Assembly: GCA_030740155.1 (NCBI GenBank)
Contig: JASLXV010000074.1
Location: 22,786 to 86,785, forward strand
From: Dehalococcoidia bacterium
GTDB lineage: Bacteria > Chloroflexota > Dehalococcoidia > Lucifugimonadales > UBA3495
DNA: 64,000 nucleotides
Direction of reading: 5' to 3'
This document shows positions 30,445-40,438 of the stretch, one piece after another; position 1 is the stretch's first letter, and the number at the start of each line of letters is the position of its first letter. The notes under the pieces are model-generated. The model was not told the DNA's origin, ran no database searches, and worked only from the letters and a program-made list of their open reading frames with translations. The position numbers and the translations under genes were made by a program.

Positions 30445-31875
30445 CTACCAGGTCAGGCTTTCCCCCACCAGGTTCCAGTAGGGGAGCACCACGGTGAACA
30501 GCACCAACGCGGCCACCAGGGTCATTATCAAGCCCAGCCGGAACACGGCGGGGGCGCTGATGTTGCCCCGCTGGAAGACGAGGACGCTGGAGGCGCTGGC
30601 CGCCGGATAGTAGACCACGGCGTCACCCATGATCACCACCGTCAGGCCGCAGACCAGGGGATTGAGCCCCAGGGCCGCCCCGGTGGACATGGCCACCGGT
30701 AGGAGAAAGGCCAGATATCCGGAGATGTTGAGCATGAACACGCGGATCCCCGCCGCGGCGCCGGCCAGGGCGAGCAGCAGCAAATAGGGGGAGCCGCGGA
30801 GCCCCCCTACCCAGCCCACCAGGGTTTCGGCGAACCACTCGGCGGCCCCGCTGGCGACCAGGGCGTTGGCCAAAGACAACGAGGTGGCGATTACGAAGAA
30901 GTTGCTCCAGCCCAGGTTGGATTCAAAATCCCGCCAGGACAGCAGCCCTACCTTGGGCAACAGGATCACGGTCAGGGCAATCAGGGCGGGCACCGAGGGC
31001 GCCAGGTGGTGGGCGAAATCGGTGAACCATAGCAGAGCCGTGCCCAGCGCGATGCAACCGGCCTTCACTTCGGCCAGCCTCACGGGTCCGGTGGCTATGC
31101 TTTCCACCTGAATCGCGCGGTCCAGCTTGAAGCCGGACCGGAACATGAAGTACACGACGGCGCCCCCGATCACCAGGATCAAGTAGAAGGGAGGGGCCAT
31201 CAGCACGAACCACCTGCTCCAGGAAAACTTTTCGTCGAGCAGCTGCCCCATCAGTCCCGAGGCCACGATCGGGGTGATGCCGCCGGCCAGAAGCGCCGTG
31301 GAGGCGAGGCGGTTCAGCGCTCCCATCGCCGTCATTATCGCCTGGTGCAAGGGGGACTGTTTCGGGATCTGCCAGCGTTCCATCACCTGCTCGTACACGT
31401 GAACCAGGATGGCGCCCCTGGTGCTGGCGGAAGGGAGGGCAAAGGTCAGGGCGGCGAAGGAGACCAGCATCTGAACGTACAGCGCCCGAGGGCTGCCGCC
31501 GGCCAGCCGGATCAAGTACACGGCCAGCCGCTCGGCCAGGCCGGACTGCCGCACGGCCAGCCCCAGGGTCAGAATCCCGATGAGGAAGTAGGCTACCGGC
31601 TGGGAGAACCCGTACAGCCCGGTTTCCACGTTGGGCACGGCCTTGAGCAGCACCAGCAGGACCATGCCCATCAGGCCGGTGACGGCGATGGGTAACGCTT
31701 CCGTGGCCCACAGCAACACCGCCAGGGCCATCACCGCCAGGGAGCGCTGGCCCTCCGGGGTCAGCCCTTCCGGCGTAGGCGCCAGCAGAATGGCGCCAAA
31801 GGCCACCCAGGGGAGGACCAGCTTAATCGCCAGCGACCCGGGCCGGCTGGTTGTGGCGGATGAGAGCTGTGTCAA
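30445..31875 (-). CDS. SLC13/DASS family anion transporter
   Basis: LWATEALPIAVT, SGLAERLA, LPSASTR, ASGAAEW; many TM segments. Confidence 0.85.
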   Translation of the reverse strand: MTQLSSATTSRPGSLAIKLVLPWVAFGAILLAPTPEGLTPEGQRSLAVMALAVLLWATEALPIAVTGLMGMVLLVLLKAVPNVETGLYGFSQPVAYFLIGILTLGLAVRQSGLAERLAVYLIRLAGGSPRALYVQMLVSFAALTFALPSASTRGAILVHVYEQVMERWQIPKQSPLHQAIMTAMGALNRLASTALLAGGITPIVASGLMGQLLDEKFSWSRWFVLMAPPFYLILVIGGAVVYFMFRSGFKLDRAIQVESIATGPVRLAEVKAGCIALGTALLWFTDFAHHLAPSVPALIALTVILLPKVGLLSWRDFESNLGWSNFFVIATSLSLANALVASGAAEWFAETLVGWVGGLRGSPYLLLLALAGAAAGIRVFMLNISGYLAFLLPVAMSTGAALGLNPLVCGLTVVIMGDAVVYYPAASASSVLVFQRGNISAPAVFRLGLIMTLVAALVLFTVVLPYWNLVGESLTW

Positions 31876-32066
31876 ATCTGCTGAACCACCTATGGGCGAT
31901 TGACCGGCGCTACCAAGGCCGAGGGCCGGCCGCGGCCGGTAACCCGAACGGCCGGGAGTCAGGCCTCGGAAAAGTTGGCGATGAGGTCCGGGCTGGAAGG
32001 TCTATCGCCATCCCAGGGGCAGCCCCGGCCCGCGGCCCTGGCCACCCCGCCCCTGGGGCCCCAGGT

Positions 32067-32840
32067 TCAAGATTCCCGCGGCTTGCGGCCCTTGCGGTCC
32101 AAGAAGTCGCTGAAGCCCTCTTCCACCGAGAGACCTTTGAACCGGCCTTGTCTGGCGTTGATCTCGTTCTGGAACTGTTCCTCCAGCGGCAGGCCGGTAT
32201 GCTCCAGGAGCATCTGCTTGATGTTGGATAGCGACTGCGGGCGGTTCTTCGCAAATCCGGCCGCAACCTCCACCGCCTTGTCCATCAGCTGGCCCGAGGG
32301 CACCATGTGGTTCAGCAGCCCGATCCGGTACGCCTCTTCGGCGAAGACCTCCCGGCCACTGTAGAGCAGCTCTTTGGCCCTGGGCAGGCCGACCAACACG
32401 GGCAGGCTCCAGGTGGCGTTCATCTGGCCGTAGTTCACCGCCAGGAACCGGAAACTGGATTTCTCGCAGCCCATCAGGAGGTCTAGCGAGGTGGCCATAA
32501 CCGTCCCGCCCCCGTAGCACAGCCCGTTGATGGCGCCGATGATCGGTTTGGAGCTGGTAGCCAGGTGCCAGGTGTACGTGGCCCGGTTCGCCGTGCCTCG
32601 CTCGTGCTCCTCGGGGGAAAGCTCCCGGTTCTCGTGGATATCCGCCCCCGCGGAGAAGGCCCGTTCTCCCGACCCGGTGAGGATGATCGCCCCGACAGCG
32701 TCGTCTTGCTCCATCTCCGTCACGGCCTCGTTCACTTCCCGGACCAATTGGAGGCTCAGGGCGTTGAGCACCTCGGGGCGGTTCAAGGTGATGATGGCGA
32801 CCCGGTCCACCCGGTCGGTCTTGATGACCTCGTAGCTCAT
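32067..32840 (-). CDS. Enoyl-CoA hydratase/isomerase family protein
   Basis: LNRPEVLNAL, AFSAGADI, KPIIGAINGLCYGGG, AEEAYRIGL. Confidence 0.9.
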   Translation of the reverse strand: MSYEVIKTDRVDRVAIITLNRPEVLNALSLQLVREVNEAVTEMEQDDAVGAIILTGSGERAFSAGADIHENRELSPEEHERGTANRATYTWHLATSSKPIIGAINGLCYGGGTVMATSLDLLMGCEKSSFRFLAVNYGQMNATWSLPVLVGLPRAKELLYSGREVFAEEAYRIGLLNHMVPSGQLMDKAVEVAAGFAKNRPQSLSNIKQMLLEHTGLPLEEQFQNEINARQGRFKGLSVEEGFSDFLDRKGRKPRES

Positions 32841-33139
32841 GACGGCTCAACTCCTGCGCTTGATACTTGCCGGCTTCTTCCCTCGGCCGGAGCTAATAAT
32901 AAACACATACGGCCCCCAACGCAAACCTTCCGGAGGCCGGCCCTCCCCCCGGCGGACCCGATCCACGCTACCCCGGCATTCAGCCGCGCCTACCCCCCGC
33001 CGGCGAGCCTCCAATGTGACCAGGCTCACAGGATTTGCGGGGCGTCGGGCATGGTTCATTAGGCCGGTTATTGGTTTAAATAGAAGCCGTGGAGTGAATA
33101 CATTGGAGGCCGGGGGCCGGTCGTCCGGGGGTGGTTCGC

Positions 33140-33556
33140 ATGTTGTGTATGCTCAAATCCTGCCGTAAGTGCGGTGGTGACCTGGTTTTGGACGAGGACG
33201 AGTGGAGATGCTGGCAATGTGGCCGGTACTACTATCCTCTGCCACCGCCCACGGACCTGCGCCCGGTCGCTGACAAGCCGGTCCGCGTCCTGGCTCCGGC
33301 AGGCAGGCCAATGCCCGTCAGGTTTCGCCGGAACAGACGGGCCGCCCGGGACATCAACTCCGTGATATCGGCCAAAGTCCGCGGCGAAAACCTGTGGTGG
33401 AGCAGAAACCGGGAGGCCATCCGCCTTCTTGACGAAGGGAGGAGCGTCCGGGAGATTGCGGTCCTGTTGGACCGGGGATCGCGCCAGATACGCATCGTCC
33501 GGGAACGGCTCAACGACCTGCGCACCATCGGCGAATGCGACCAGAGCGCGGATTGA
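33140..33556 (+). CDS. Zn-ribbon (CxxC..CxxC) protein with a C-terminal HTH-like segment
   Basis: CRKCGGDL..WRCWQCGR; EGRSVREIAVLLDRGSRQIR. Confidence 0.65.
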   Translation: MLCMLKSCRKCGGDLVLDEDEWRCWQCGRYYYPLPPPTDLRPVADKPVRVLAPAGRPMPVRFRRNRRAARDINSVISAKVRGENLWWSRNREAIRLLDEGRSVREIAVLLDRGSRQIRIVRERLNDLRTIGECDQSAD

Positions 33557-33611
33557 CGATGGCCGGATATTGACTCAGAGCCTATTCAGCTACAGGCCGC
33601 CCTCGATCCTT

Positions 33612-34364
33612 TTACTGGGCCGTCCAGCCGCCGTCGATGACCAGCTCGCTGCCGGTCATGAAGGACGACTCGTCGGACGCCAGGAACACCACACCATAGG
33701 CCACGTCCTCCGACTCGCCGTACCGGCCCAGGGGAATGCCGGAGACCATCATCTTGTATCGTTGGGGATCGGCCCGGCCCGCCTCGGTCATCGGAGTAGC
33801 GATGGGACCCGGGTGTACCGAGTTGACCCGTATGGCGTCTTTGGCGTATTGAATGGCCGTCGCCTTGGTGAACAGCCTTATCGCGCCTTTGGACGCTGAG
33901 TATTGGGGACTGCTCGTGGCGGTCCCCACCAGCCCCAGCTGGGAAGAGATGTTGACGATGGAGCCGCCGCCGGCCCGGCGCATCTCGGGGATGGCGGTCT
34001 TGGTGCCTAGGAAGGTGCCCTTGGCGTTCACGTTCATCACCAGGTCCCAGGCTTCCACGGTGACGTCTTCCACCTTGCCCTGAGCGCGGATTCCGGCGTT
34101 GTTCACCAGCACATCCAGCTTGCCGAAAGCCTCGACAGTGGCAGCAATAGCCTTCTGCCATTCGGACTCGCTGGTCACATCCAGACGAACAAACAGGGCC
34201 TGGCCTCCGGTCTCGTTGATCTGCTCGACCACCTTCCGGCCTTCGTCCTCGAGCAGGTCCCCGATGGCGACCTTGGCCCCCTCCTTCGCGAACATGATGG
34301 CTTCGACGGCGCCCATGCCCCTGGCGCCCCCGCTGATGAACGCTACCTTTCCCTCAAGCCTCAT
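33612..34364 (-). CDS. SDR oxidoreductase (cyclopentanol / 3-alpha-hydroxysteroid dehydrogenase-like)
   Basis: GGARGMG, NNAG, YSASKGA, RVNSVHPG. Confidence 0.92.
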   Translation of the reverse strand: MRLEGKVAFISGGARGMGAVEAIMFAKEGAKVAIGDLLEDEGRKVVEQINETGGQALFVRLDVTSESEWQKAIAATVEAFGKLDVLVNNAGIRAQGKVEDVTVEAWDLVMNVNAKGTFLGTKTAIPEMRRAGGGSIVNISSQLGLVGTATSSPQYSASKGAIRLFTKATAIQYAKDAIRVNSVHPGPIATPMTEAGRADPQRYKMMVSGIPLGRYGESEDVAYGVVFLASDESSFMTGSELVIDGGWTAQ

Positions 34365-34560
34365 GCCGAGCCTCCCAATATCTGCTAGCTCCGGCCAGGT
34401 TCATCGTGAGCCGGCGCCGCCAACGGGACGAGGGGACGGCGCGGCAAACCCAGCATAACCAAGCCCGGGCGCAAAGTTCAGGGCCTGCCCCCGGGGTCAC
34501 CGGAAATACACAGAACCAGGGCTAACACTTTCATTCGATTCGATAATCGGCATAACAGAT

Positions 34561-34626
34561 ACCGTTCGCGGTGAACCTGTCGAACCACCGGCCCGGCGCC
34601 CTTCGACAAGCTCAGGTGAACGGGTG
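34561..34626. repeat. REP-like family A doublet
   Basis: CCGTTCGCGGTGAACCTGTCGAACC..CTTCGACAAGCTCAGGTGAACGG. Confidence 0.75.
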
Positions 34627-34655
34627 ACCGTGATGGCAATTTTCGAAACCAGGCG

Positions 34656-35483
34656 CTAAACCCGTGTCTGCTGGTCCATGGGGGCATAAGTGGCCGGGCT
34701 AACCGCCAGCAGCCCTGCGTCCACCGGCATCACGATGCCGGTGATCCAACGCGCTTCGTCGCTGGCCAGGAAGAGGGCCGCGTAGCCCACGTCCCAGCCG
34801 GTGCCCTCGGTGGCCAGAGGTGCGGCGTTCTTGCGGTGCTCCCGCAGGTCCGCGGTCATCCGAGGAGCGGTCATCGGCGTGTAGAGCAGGCCGGGGGCGA
34901 TGCAGTTGACCCGGATGTTGTCCTTGGCGTGGTCCGCGGCCATGGAGAAAGTCAGGCCGATGACCCCGGCCTTGGACACGCTGTATGGGGTGCTGCTGTG
35001 GGCCCGCAGCCCGGCGATGGAGGATATGTTGATGATGGCCCCGCCGCCGCCGCTCTCGATCATCAGGGGGATGGCCGCTTTGCTCGCCTGCACCATGGTC
35101 TTGATGTTGATCGTTAGTATCCGGTCCCAGTCTTCCTCGCTGACATCCAGCACTGTCCCCCGTTGCGATACCCCCACGTTGTTGTCCAGGATGTCCAAGC
35201 GGCCGTACCGCTCCATGGCCGTTTCCACCATGCGGCGGCAATCCGCGGCGCTGGTGACGTCGGCCTGAAACAGTGATGCCTCGCCTTCTTCCTCGTGGAT
35301 CATGGCCAGGGTCTCCTCGGCCCGCTCCTTTACCATGTCCACCAGCAACACCTTGGCCCCTTCGCGGGCGAACAGCACCGCGGTGGCCTTGCCGTTGCCG
35401 ATACCCTCGCCGCTGGACCCCGCGCCGGTGACGATGGCAACCTTTCCTTCCAATCTGGCCAATCTGGGGAGTCGTTCTGGCAT
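34656..35483 (-). CDS. SDR oxidoreductase
   Basis: TGAGSSGEGIGNG, NNVG, YSVSKAG, RVNCIAPG. Confidence 0.92.
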   Translation of the reverse strand: MPERLPRLARLEGKVAIVTGAGSSGEGIGNGKATAVLFAREGAKVLLVDMVKERAEETLAMIHEEEGEASLFQADVTSAADCRRMVETAMERYGRLDILDNNVGVSQRGTVLDVSEEDWDRILTINIKTMVQASKAAIPLMIESGGGGAIINISSIAGLRAHSSTPYSVSKAGVIGLTFSMAADHAKDNIRVNCIAPGLLYTPMTAPRMTADLREHRKNAAPLATEGTGWDVGYAALFLASDEARWITGIVMPVDAGLLAVSPATYAPMDQQTRV

Positions 35484-35592
35484 CGGACCGCTCCTCGTCT
35501 ATTTGTCCAAGTCTATATGTCCGAATGGTACGTCTACGGGTACCATCTACGAAACCGGTGCGGTTGTCAAGAGAACCGGTCGGCTCAGGCCC

Positions 35593-36561
35593 CTATCGGC
35601 CCGGCCGGCCGGGCGAAGGAACCGGAGGGGTATCGGCCACACCGGCTCGGCCCTTCTCTTCCTCCTGCCGGAACCACAACCCCACCATGATGCCCGCCGC
35701 GATCAGGAACATCATGTCCCCGGGTATCCAGAGTATGGTCCCGCCAATCGCCTGGTCGGCCAGCAAGGATAGGCCCCACAACCTTTCCACGTCGCCGTAG
35801 GCGGAGTAGAGCACGCCCGGAGAAAAGGTCACTATCGCGCCCAGGAGCGTGTTGGGGAAGATCTGAAAGCCGAGGTACAGGGCCCGGGCCACGTAGGGCA
35901 TCCGGGCGCGGTGGGGCTTCAGGTCGATGATCACCCACCAGAAGAGGATGCCGGTGAACAGCATGGTCAGGTGCATGAGGTAGTGAACACCGTCATTTCT
36001 CAAGGAGAGGTTGTGGGGTCCTTGCCCCTGCCAGAAGAACAGGGTCCCCAGGAACAACACGGCGGCCACCATCGGGTGGGTGAGAAAGGCGTAGAGGCGT
36101 CGAATGACCGCGTTCCCGGCCAAGGGCCGGACCACTCGCTGCCGGGCGGCCGTTGGAAGTCCTCGCAGCAGCGGCGTGAGGGGCGCGCCCAGCAGGATGA
36201 GGGGCGGCCCGATCATCCGGAGCACCAGGTGCTGTACCTGGTGCGCCAGGAACAGGTGGTCGGAAAGAGGGTCCAGCGGCGACTGGAGCGCCAGAAAGAT
36301 GACGCCAAGCCCGGCGAAGAAAGAGACCCGCTGCCAGGCGTTGATGGGATGGCTCGGGTTTTTCCAGTTCCGGAGTCCAGCCACGTACAGGGCTCCGGCC
36401 AGGAGGAGGCCCAGGGGGACGGTCGGCTCCCAGTTCCAGGCCGTCGCGACGTTCTGCCCGGAATCCACGCCGCCATGGGCGTGGGCCGGAGTTACCCCCA
36501 GGACCCAAGGCAGCGCCAGGGCCAGCGCACCCAGGCTGAATAGCCAGAACCTGAAGCTCAT
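35593..36561 (-). CDS. ctaG: Cytochrome c oxidase assembly protein, Caa3_CtaG family
   Basis: SPLD..FLAHQVQH, HYLMH, DQAIGGTILWIPG; signal peptide ending AHAHG; start moved to ATG 36561. Confidence 0.85.
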   Translation of the reverse strand: MSFRFWLFSLGALALALPWVLGVTPAHAHGGVDSGQNVATAWNWEPTVPLGLLLAGALYVAGLRNWKNPSHPINAWQRVSFFAGLGVIFLALQSPLDPLSDHLFLAHQVQHLVLRMIGPPLILLGAPLTPLLRGLPTAARQRVVRPLAGNAVIRRLYAFLTHPMVAAVLFLGTLFFWQGQGPHNLSLRNDGVHYLMHLTMLFTGILFWWVIIDLKPHRARMPYVARALYLGFQIFPNTLLGAIVTFSPGVLYSAYGDVERLWGLSLLADQAIGGTILWIPGDMMFLIAAGIMVGLWFRQEEEKGRAGVADTPPVPSPGRPGR

Positions 36562-36644
36562 GCCCAACACCGCGCGTTTCTTTTCACATAGTCCGCCGGA
36601 TGGTCCGACATATAGCCCGGCGACCAGCCCCATCCGCCAGGCGG

Positions 36645-38186
36645 TCACTCCACGATGGGGCGGGAGACAATCCACAGGCTTACCACGGTATATAACACCA
36701 TCAGCCCCAGCATTGGAAGCTGGCTCTTGACCACCAGGCTCCGGATGGTGAGGAGCTGCACGGCTCGGATGTGGGCCAGGTACACGGCGATCACGTGGCC
36801 GGCCACGATCACCGCCACGGAGAAGAACCAGACGAACCGGGCGTTGATGATGCCGATGTCAATCACGTAGTCGGCTGTGCCAAAGAGGTCCCAATCCGCG
36901 CCAAAGGGGTCGGACACCAGGGGGATGATCTGCTGCCCCTGGATCAGCAGAAAGCTGAGGAAGTGGGCGAAGTTGTACGCCAGGGCGATGGGTATCAGAG
37001 AGAACACGAATGCCTTGGCCAAAGTGAAGGTCCCGTTCCGCCTCCCTACCGACCGGTGCATCAGGTAGGCGAAGCTCAGGTAGAAGGCCGCGAAGGTCGC
37101 GGGTACCCCGATGAGGCCCAGGGTGTTGGCTATCGTGAGCCCGTTGAGGGCCTCGTGGGTCAGATCCGGGAATTTTTCGATAAAGTAGCTCTGGACTTCC
37201 AACCATTCCGGCGTGGCGCCGAAGCCGTCGAAGGTTACGGTGGCCAGTATCAGCAGCACCATGGCCATAACGTCGCCGGTCACCCGGCCCGGATTGCTCA
37301 ACCCGACCGCCAAAGGACGGAGGTTGAACTCCCGGTGCTGGGAGTACTCCCAGCACTCGTAGCAGTCCACGCACCGGCCATCCTCGCCTTCGCAGGAAAC
37401 GTTGCATTCCCGGCACACCTCCGGCTCGTTCACTCTGATCTCGGTGATGGAAAACCGGGACAGATAGCCGAACACCACGGAAAAGGCTTCCCCGCGACTC
37501 AGCCACTGATGTTTGCCGAAGATGAGCATGCCTCCCAGGGTTATGGCACTGTAGGAAATGGCCATTGCTGCCAGCCGCCGGGGGTCGGCGCTCTCGCCGA
37601 AGGCATTCTCGGCCCAGGCGAAGGCGAAGAACAGGGCTACCGCCGGCCAGACACCCAGATTCAGGGGGTACTCCCAGTTCATCCCCATATCCCGGCCGGG
37701 CCAAATCCGCTCGTAAAGGGCCTCCGCCCAGCCGTAGAGAATCTTCCAGGGGTTTACCAGGGCCCACAGGTTGCCGAACAGGGCCACGAAAAAGCCCATC
37801 CCCACCCACCATATGACCCAGACGAAGGTGGGGGCGAAATTGTCCACCGGGCGAGTGTCGCCGAACAGCCCGGCGGCCACCACCAGGCCCAGAAGGAAGA
37901 CGGACAAGACCTTGACCGGGAACAGCGCCGGCCGGCTCACCGCCACTCGGACCCAGGAGTAGCGGAGCAGGTCGAGGCGGGGGTAGTCGAAGTGCTTGAC
38001 CTCTCCCCTGGCCACGGCGCCGATGAGGACAAAGGACAGTATGACGGCGGCGGCGCCACCTATCATGAAGTAGTGGAGAGGCACGGGAAGGTCGTAGCGC
38101 TCGCCGAAGCCGTGGGCGAAGACAGGCTGGACTAGCAAGCCGGCTCCCACGGCGGCGAGGAGCGCAATCATTTTGAAACGGATCAT
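36645..38186 (-). CDS. Multi-pass membrane protein with N-terminal AHG and a Cys-rich insert
   Basis: Signal peptide then AHGFGERYDLPVP; about 11 TM; PIALAYNFAH, GHVIAVYLAH; insert CRECNVSC..CVDCYEC. Confidence 0.75.
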   Translation of the reverse strand: MIRFKMIALLAAVGAGLLVQPVFAHGFGERYDLPVPLHYFMIGGAAAVILSFVLIGAVARGEVKHFDYPRLDLLRYSWVRVAVSRPALFPVKVLSVFLLGLVVAAGLFGDTRPVDNFAPTFVWVIWWVGMGFFVALFGNLWALVNPWKILYGWAEALYERIWPGRDMGMNWEYPLNLGVWPAVALFFAFAWAENAFGESADPRRLAAMAISYSAITLGGMLIFGKHQWLSRGEAFSVVFGYLSRFSITEIRVNEPEVCRECNVSCEGEDGRCVDCYECWEYSQHREFNLRPLAVGLSNPGRVTGDVMAMVLLILATVTFDGFGATPEWLEVQSYFIEKFPDLTHEALNGLTIANTLGLIGVPATFAAFYLSFAYLMHRSVGRRNGTFTLAKAFVFSLIPIALAYNFAHFLSFLLIQGQQIIPLVSDPFGADWDLFGTADYVIDIGIINARFVWFFSVAVIVAGHVIAVYLAHIRAVQLLTIRSLVVKSQLPMLGLMVLYTVVSLWIVSRPIVE

Positions 38187-38286
38187 CGCACCACCATACA
38201 TGATTCGGTTTGATCGAGTGACATCCCCTCGCTTCAGCCAGTGAGAAAGACGTGAGACAGATAGGAGATGTCTTCCCAGCTCAAGG

Positions 38287-38889
38287 TCACTCCAAGTCTT
38301 TCAGGACCGCAAGGATCTGTTCAGCCGATGGCCGGTCCGCGATGTCCTGGCCGACGTTGCGCCAGAGGACCTCGCCAGCTTGCCCAATAATAAGGGTAGC
38401 GGGAGCGGCAACCTTGTCCCCAAGCAGGTCGTAGACGCCGTACCGGCGGACGACACTGCCCTCTGGGTCCGCGAGGACGGGGAACACCGATCCGGTTAAG
38501 GTTGCCATTTGGGCGGCGTCCTGAATGCTGTCCATGCTAATTGCCGCCACCTCCGCGTCTTCGGCCTGGAACCCGGGATAGGCGTCTGCCAGCTTCACAA
38601 GCTGGTTCCGGCAGAGGCCTCAAAAGAAGCCGCGGTAGAAGACCAGAACCACCGTGTTGTTCTCGCGGAGCAATTGGTCCAGGGCCACTTCCCTGCTATC
38701 GGCGGCGGGCAATGAGAAGCCGGGGGCGGTCTCCACCTCGTCGGAGGAGCAACCGGCGCCCCCCAGGAGGAGCAGGAAGATTCCCACCACTGCCAACAAG
38801 AGGCCCGCCCTCGAAACTCGGCGAGCTGGGAGCCACTGGCAGGATAGTCCTCGGCCACTCTCCGGCGGGCGCGGGTCAACGACGTACAT
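38287..38889 (-). CDS. AhpC/TSA-like redoxin selenoprotein (UxxC), predicted lipoprotein, 200 aa
   Basis: The 89-aa and 103-aa ORFs are in one frame joined by TGA 38620-38622: VLVFYRGFF-U-GL-C-RNQL..AISMD..FPVLADP..PAT; GGGGAGG RBS; lipobox GAGC. Confidence 0.88.
38581..38619 (-). promoter_or_regulatory. Candidate bacterial SECIS hairpin
   Basis: Immediately after the UGA: GGC.TCTG lower stem, CCAGCTT-GTG-AAGCTGG upper stem. Confidence 0.7.
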
Positions 38890-38997
38890 GATCTTGCCTC
38901 CCCCTGGAATCCCCCACCCGCTCCAAAACGGGGTAGGGGGTTTTGACCGATTATTGGGCGGGATATTCTTGTCATTGTCCGCGGGCAGCCGGGCCGT

Positions 38998-39699
38998 TCA
39001 CCGCGGCAGGACCTCCAGGAAGCCGGCGTTCGGTTCCTCTTCCTCGGCTGAGCTGTCCGGCTCCTCATCCGTTTCAAACGCATCGGCATGTTGGCCGCTC
39101 AACATGGTCTGGACCACGGAGCCCTTGTTGGTCCAAGTTATGGCTGTGCCGGGCCTCACCTCAATGTCAGCCGGGACGGCTGACGCATCCATGACTTCGA
39201 TAGCCACCCGCTCGGCGGAGGGAGCATCGAGGGACACAGTAATGGAGCCAGCCACCGCGGGACGCATGTGGCTGTGGAAGTGAACCATCGTTCCCACAAG
39301 GTGGTCCTCCACCTCGTAGGTGAACGTGTCACCGGGCTCCAGCGGCCCCGACTCGAACGTTCCACCGTGGGTACCACCGCCGGCGTGGAAGGTGATCTGA
39401 TACCGGCCGGTGGTTTCGGCCACGAAGTAGAAGTCAACCAACTCACCGGCAGCGATTTCCTTTTCGATATCGTAGCCGTGGAGGTGGAGTTCACCTGGCT
39501 CCTCGGCCTCGATCTTCAAGGTGACCATGTCGTCTTGTTTAACCCTGATTGTCTCCGGGCTCAGCTTTCCGTGCTCTAGCTTCACCGGAATCTCCAGTTC
39601 TTCGGGTCCGCCGCCGCCGCAGGCGGCCGCCTTAAGCAGAAGCAATGGAAGCAATACCACGGCCACAATTAACCGTAGGGACAAAAATGAAAACTTCAT
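38998..39699 (-). CDS. Cupredoxin-domain lipoprotein
   Basis: AAGGAG RBS, ATG 39699; AAAC lipobox; ELHLHGYD, GRYQITFH, SGPLEPGDTFTY, GTAITWTN. Confidence 0.75.
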   Translation of the reverse strand: MKFSFLSLRLIVAVVLLPLLLLKAAACGGGGPEELEIPVKLEHGKLSPETIRVKQDDMVTLKIEAEEPGELHLHGYDIEKEIAAGELVDFYFVAETTGRYQITFHAGGGTHGGTFESGPLEPGDTFTYEVEDHLVGTMVHFHSHMRPAVAGSITVSLDAPSAERVAIEVMDASAVPADIEVRPGTAITWTNKGSVVQTMLSGQHADAFETDEEPDSSAEEEEPNAGFLEVLPR

Positions 39700-39861
39700 G
39701 AGTAGCTCCTTGTAAATACGAACAATGTACGAATGCGCGTGGGCTGAGTTCGTTTCCCAAGACGGAGGCTCCACGGAGAGACATCAGAATGCGAGGCTAC
39801 ACGCCAAGAAAACCGCGGTCGCAGACGTTGGAGCAGCCAAAGTCGAGGAGTGGAGGAGGAG

Positions 39862-40359
39862 CTAGGCTCGAGGAGGCCTTCTCACAGGTCCAACGAAGGC
39901 CGCCAGGAGGCGGTTATCCTCGCCGGCCAATCCGAACCGGAACATGTCCCCGGGGGGTTGGAAAACGATTGAGGCCGGCGCCACGGTCAAAATGGCGGTC
40001 GCGACGCTCGGGCCGTTCCCTTCGGATGGCGCCAGGAACACTATCCCGTCAAGCCCGTCGTAGATTTCAGATAGGCCGGCGGAATTTGCCGGCAAGGGAC
40101 TGGCAACATGGTCATGCCCGTGCCCGGCGTCGAAGGGGTGGGCATGTTCCGGTCCGCCCTGTCCCAGATAGACGTGAGCATGGTTGGGCGCTTTCTCGGC
40201 GAAGTGGTGGTCAGTCAGGGGCCCAAAGGTTGGCAGGAAGAGGATATACAGGGAGACCAGTATGGGCAGCAGCAGTGCCGGCGAGGTCCGGGGGCGTTCC
40301 GCACCGACATCCCGGACAGGCCCGTGTCCGCGCGGTGAGTTTCTCCAGCTTGATGCCAT
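39862..40359 (-). CDS. His-rich hypothetical membrane-anchored protein
   Basis: Hydrophobic segment then DHHFAE..NHAH..EHAH..GHGHDH; ends in RPPR; start uncertain. Confidence 0.6.
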   Translation of the reverse strand: MASSWRNSPRGHGPVRDVGAERPRTSPALLLPILVSLYILFLPTFGPLTDHHFAEKAPNHAHVYLGQGGPEHAHPFDAGHGHDHVASPLPANSAGLSEIYDGLDGIVFLAPSEGNGPSVATAILTVAPASIVFQPPGDMFRFGLAGEDNRLLAAFVGPVRRPPRA

Positions 40360-40438
40360 TATTATATTCTACACAAGCGGTCCGAAAACCAACAGACCCG
40401 AGGGCATGGGACTCACCGGGCCGGCAATTTCGGGATGG

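Noticed and set aside
38287..38889. Pseudogene interpretation of the split redoxin
   Set aside because: The stop is TGA exactly at the catalytic Cys position, with a hairpin after it and both halves intact
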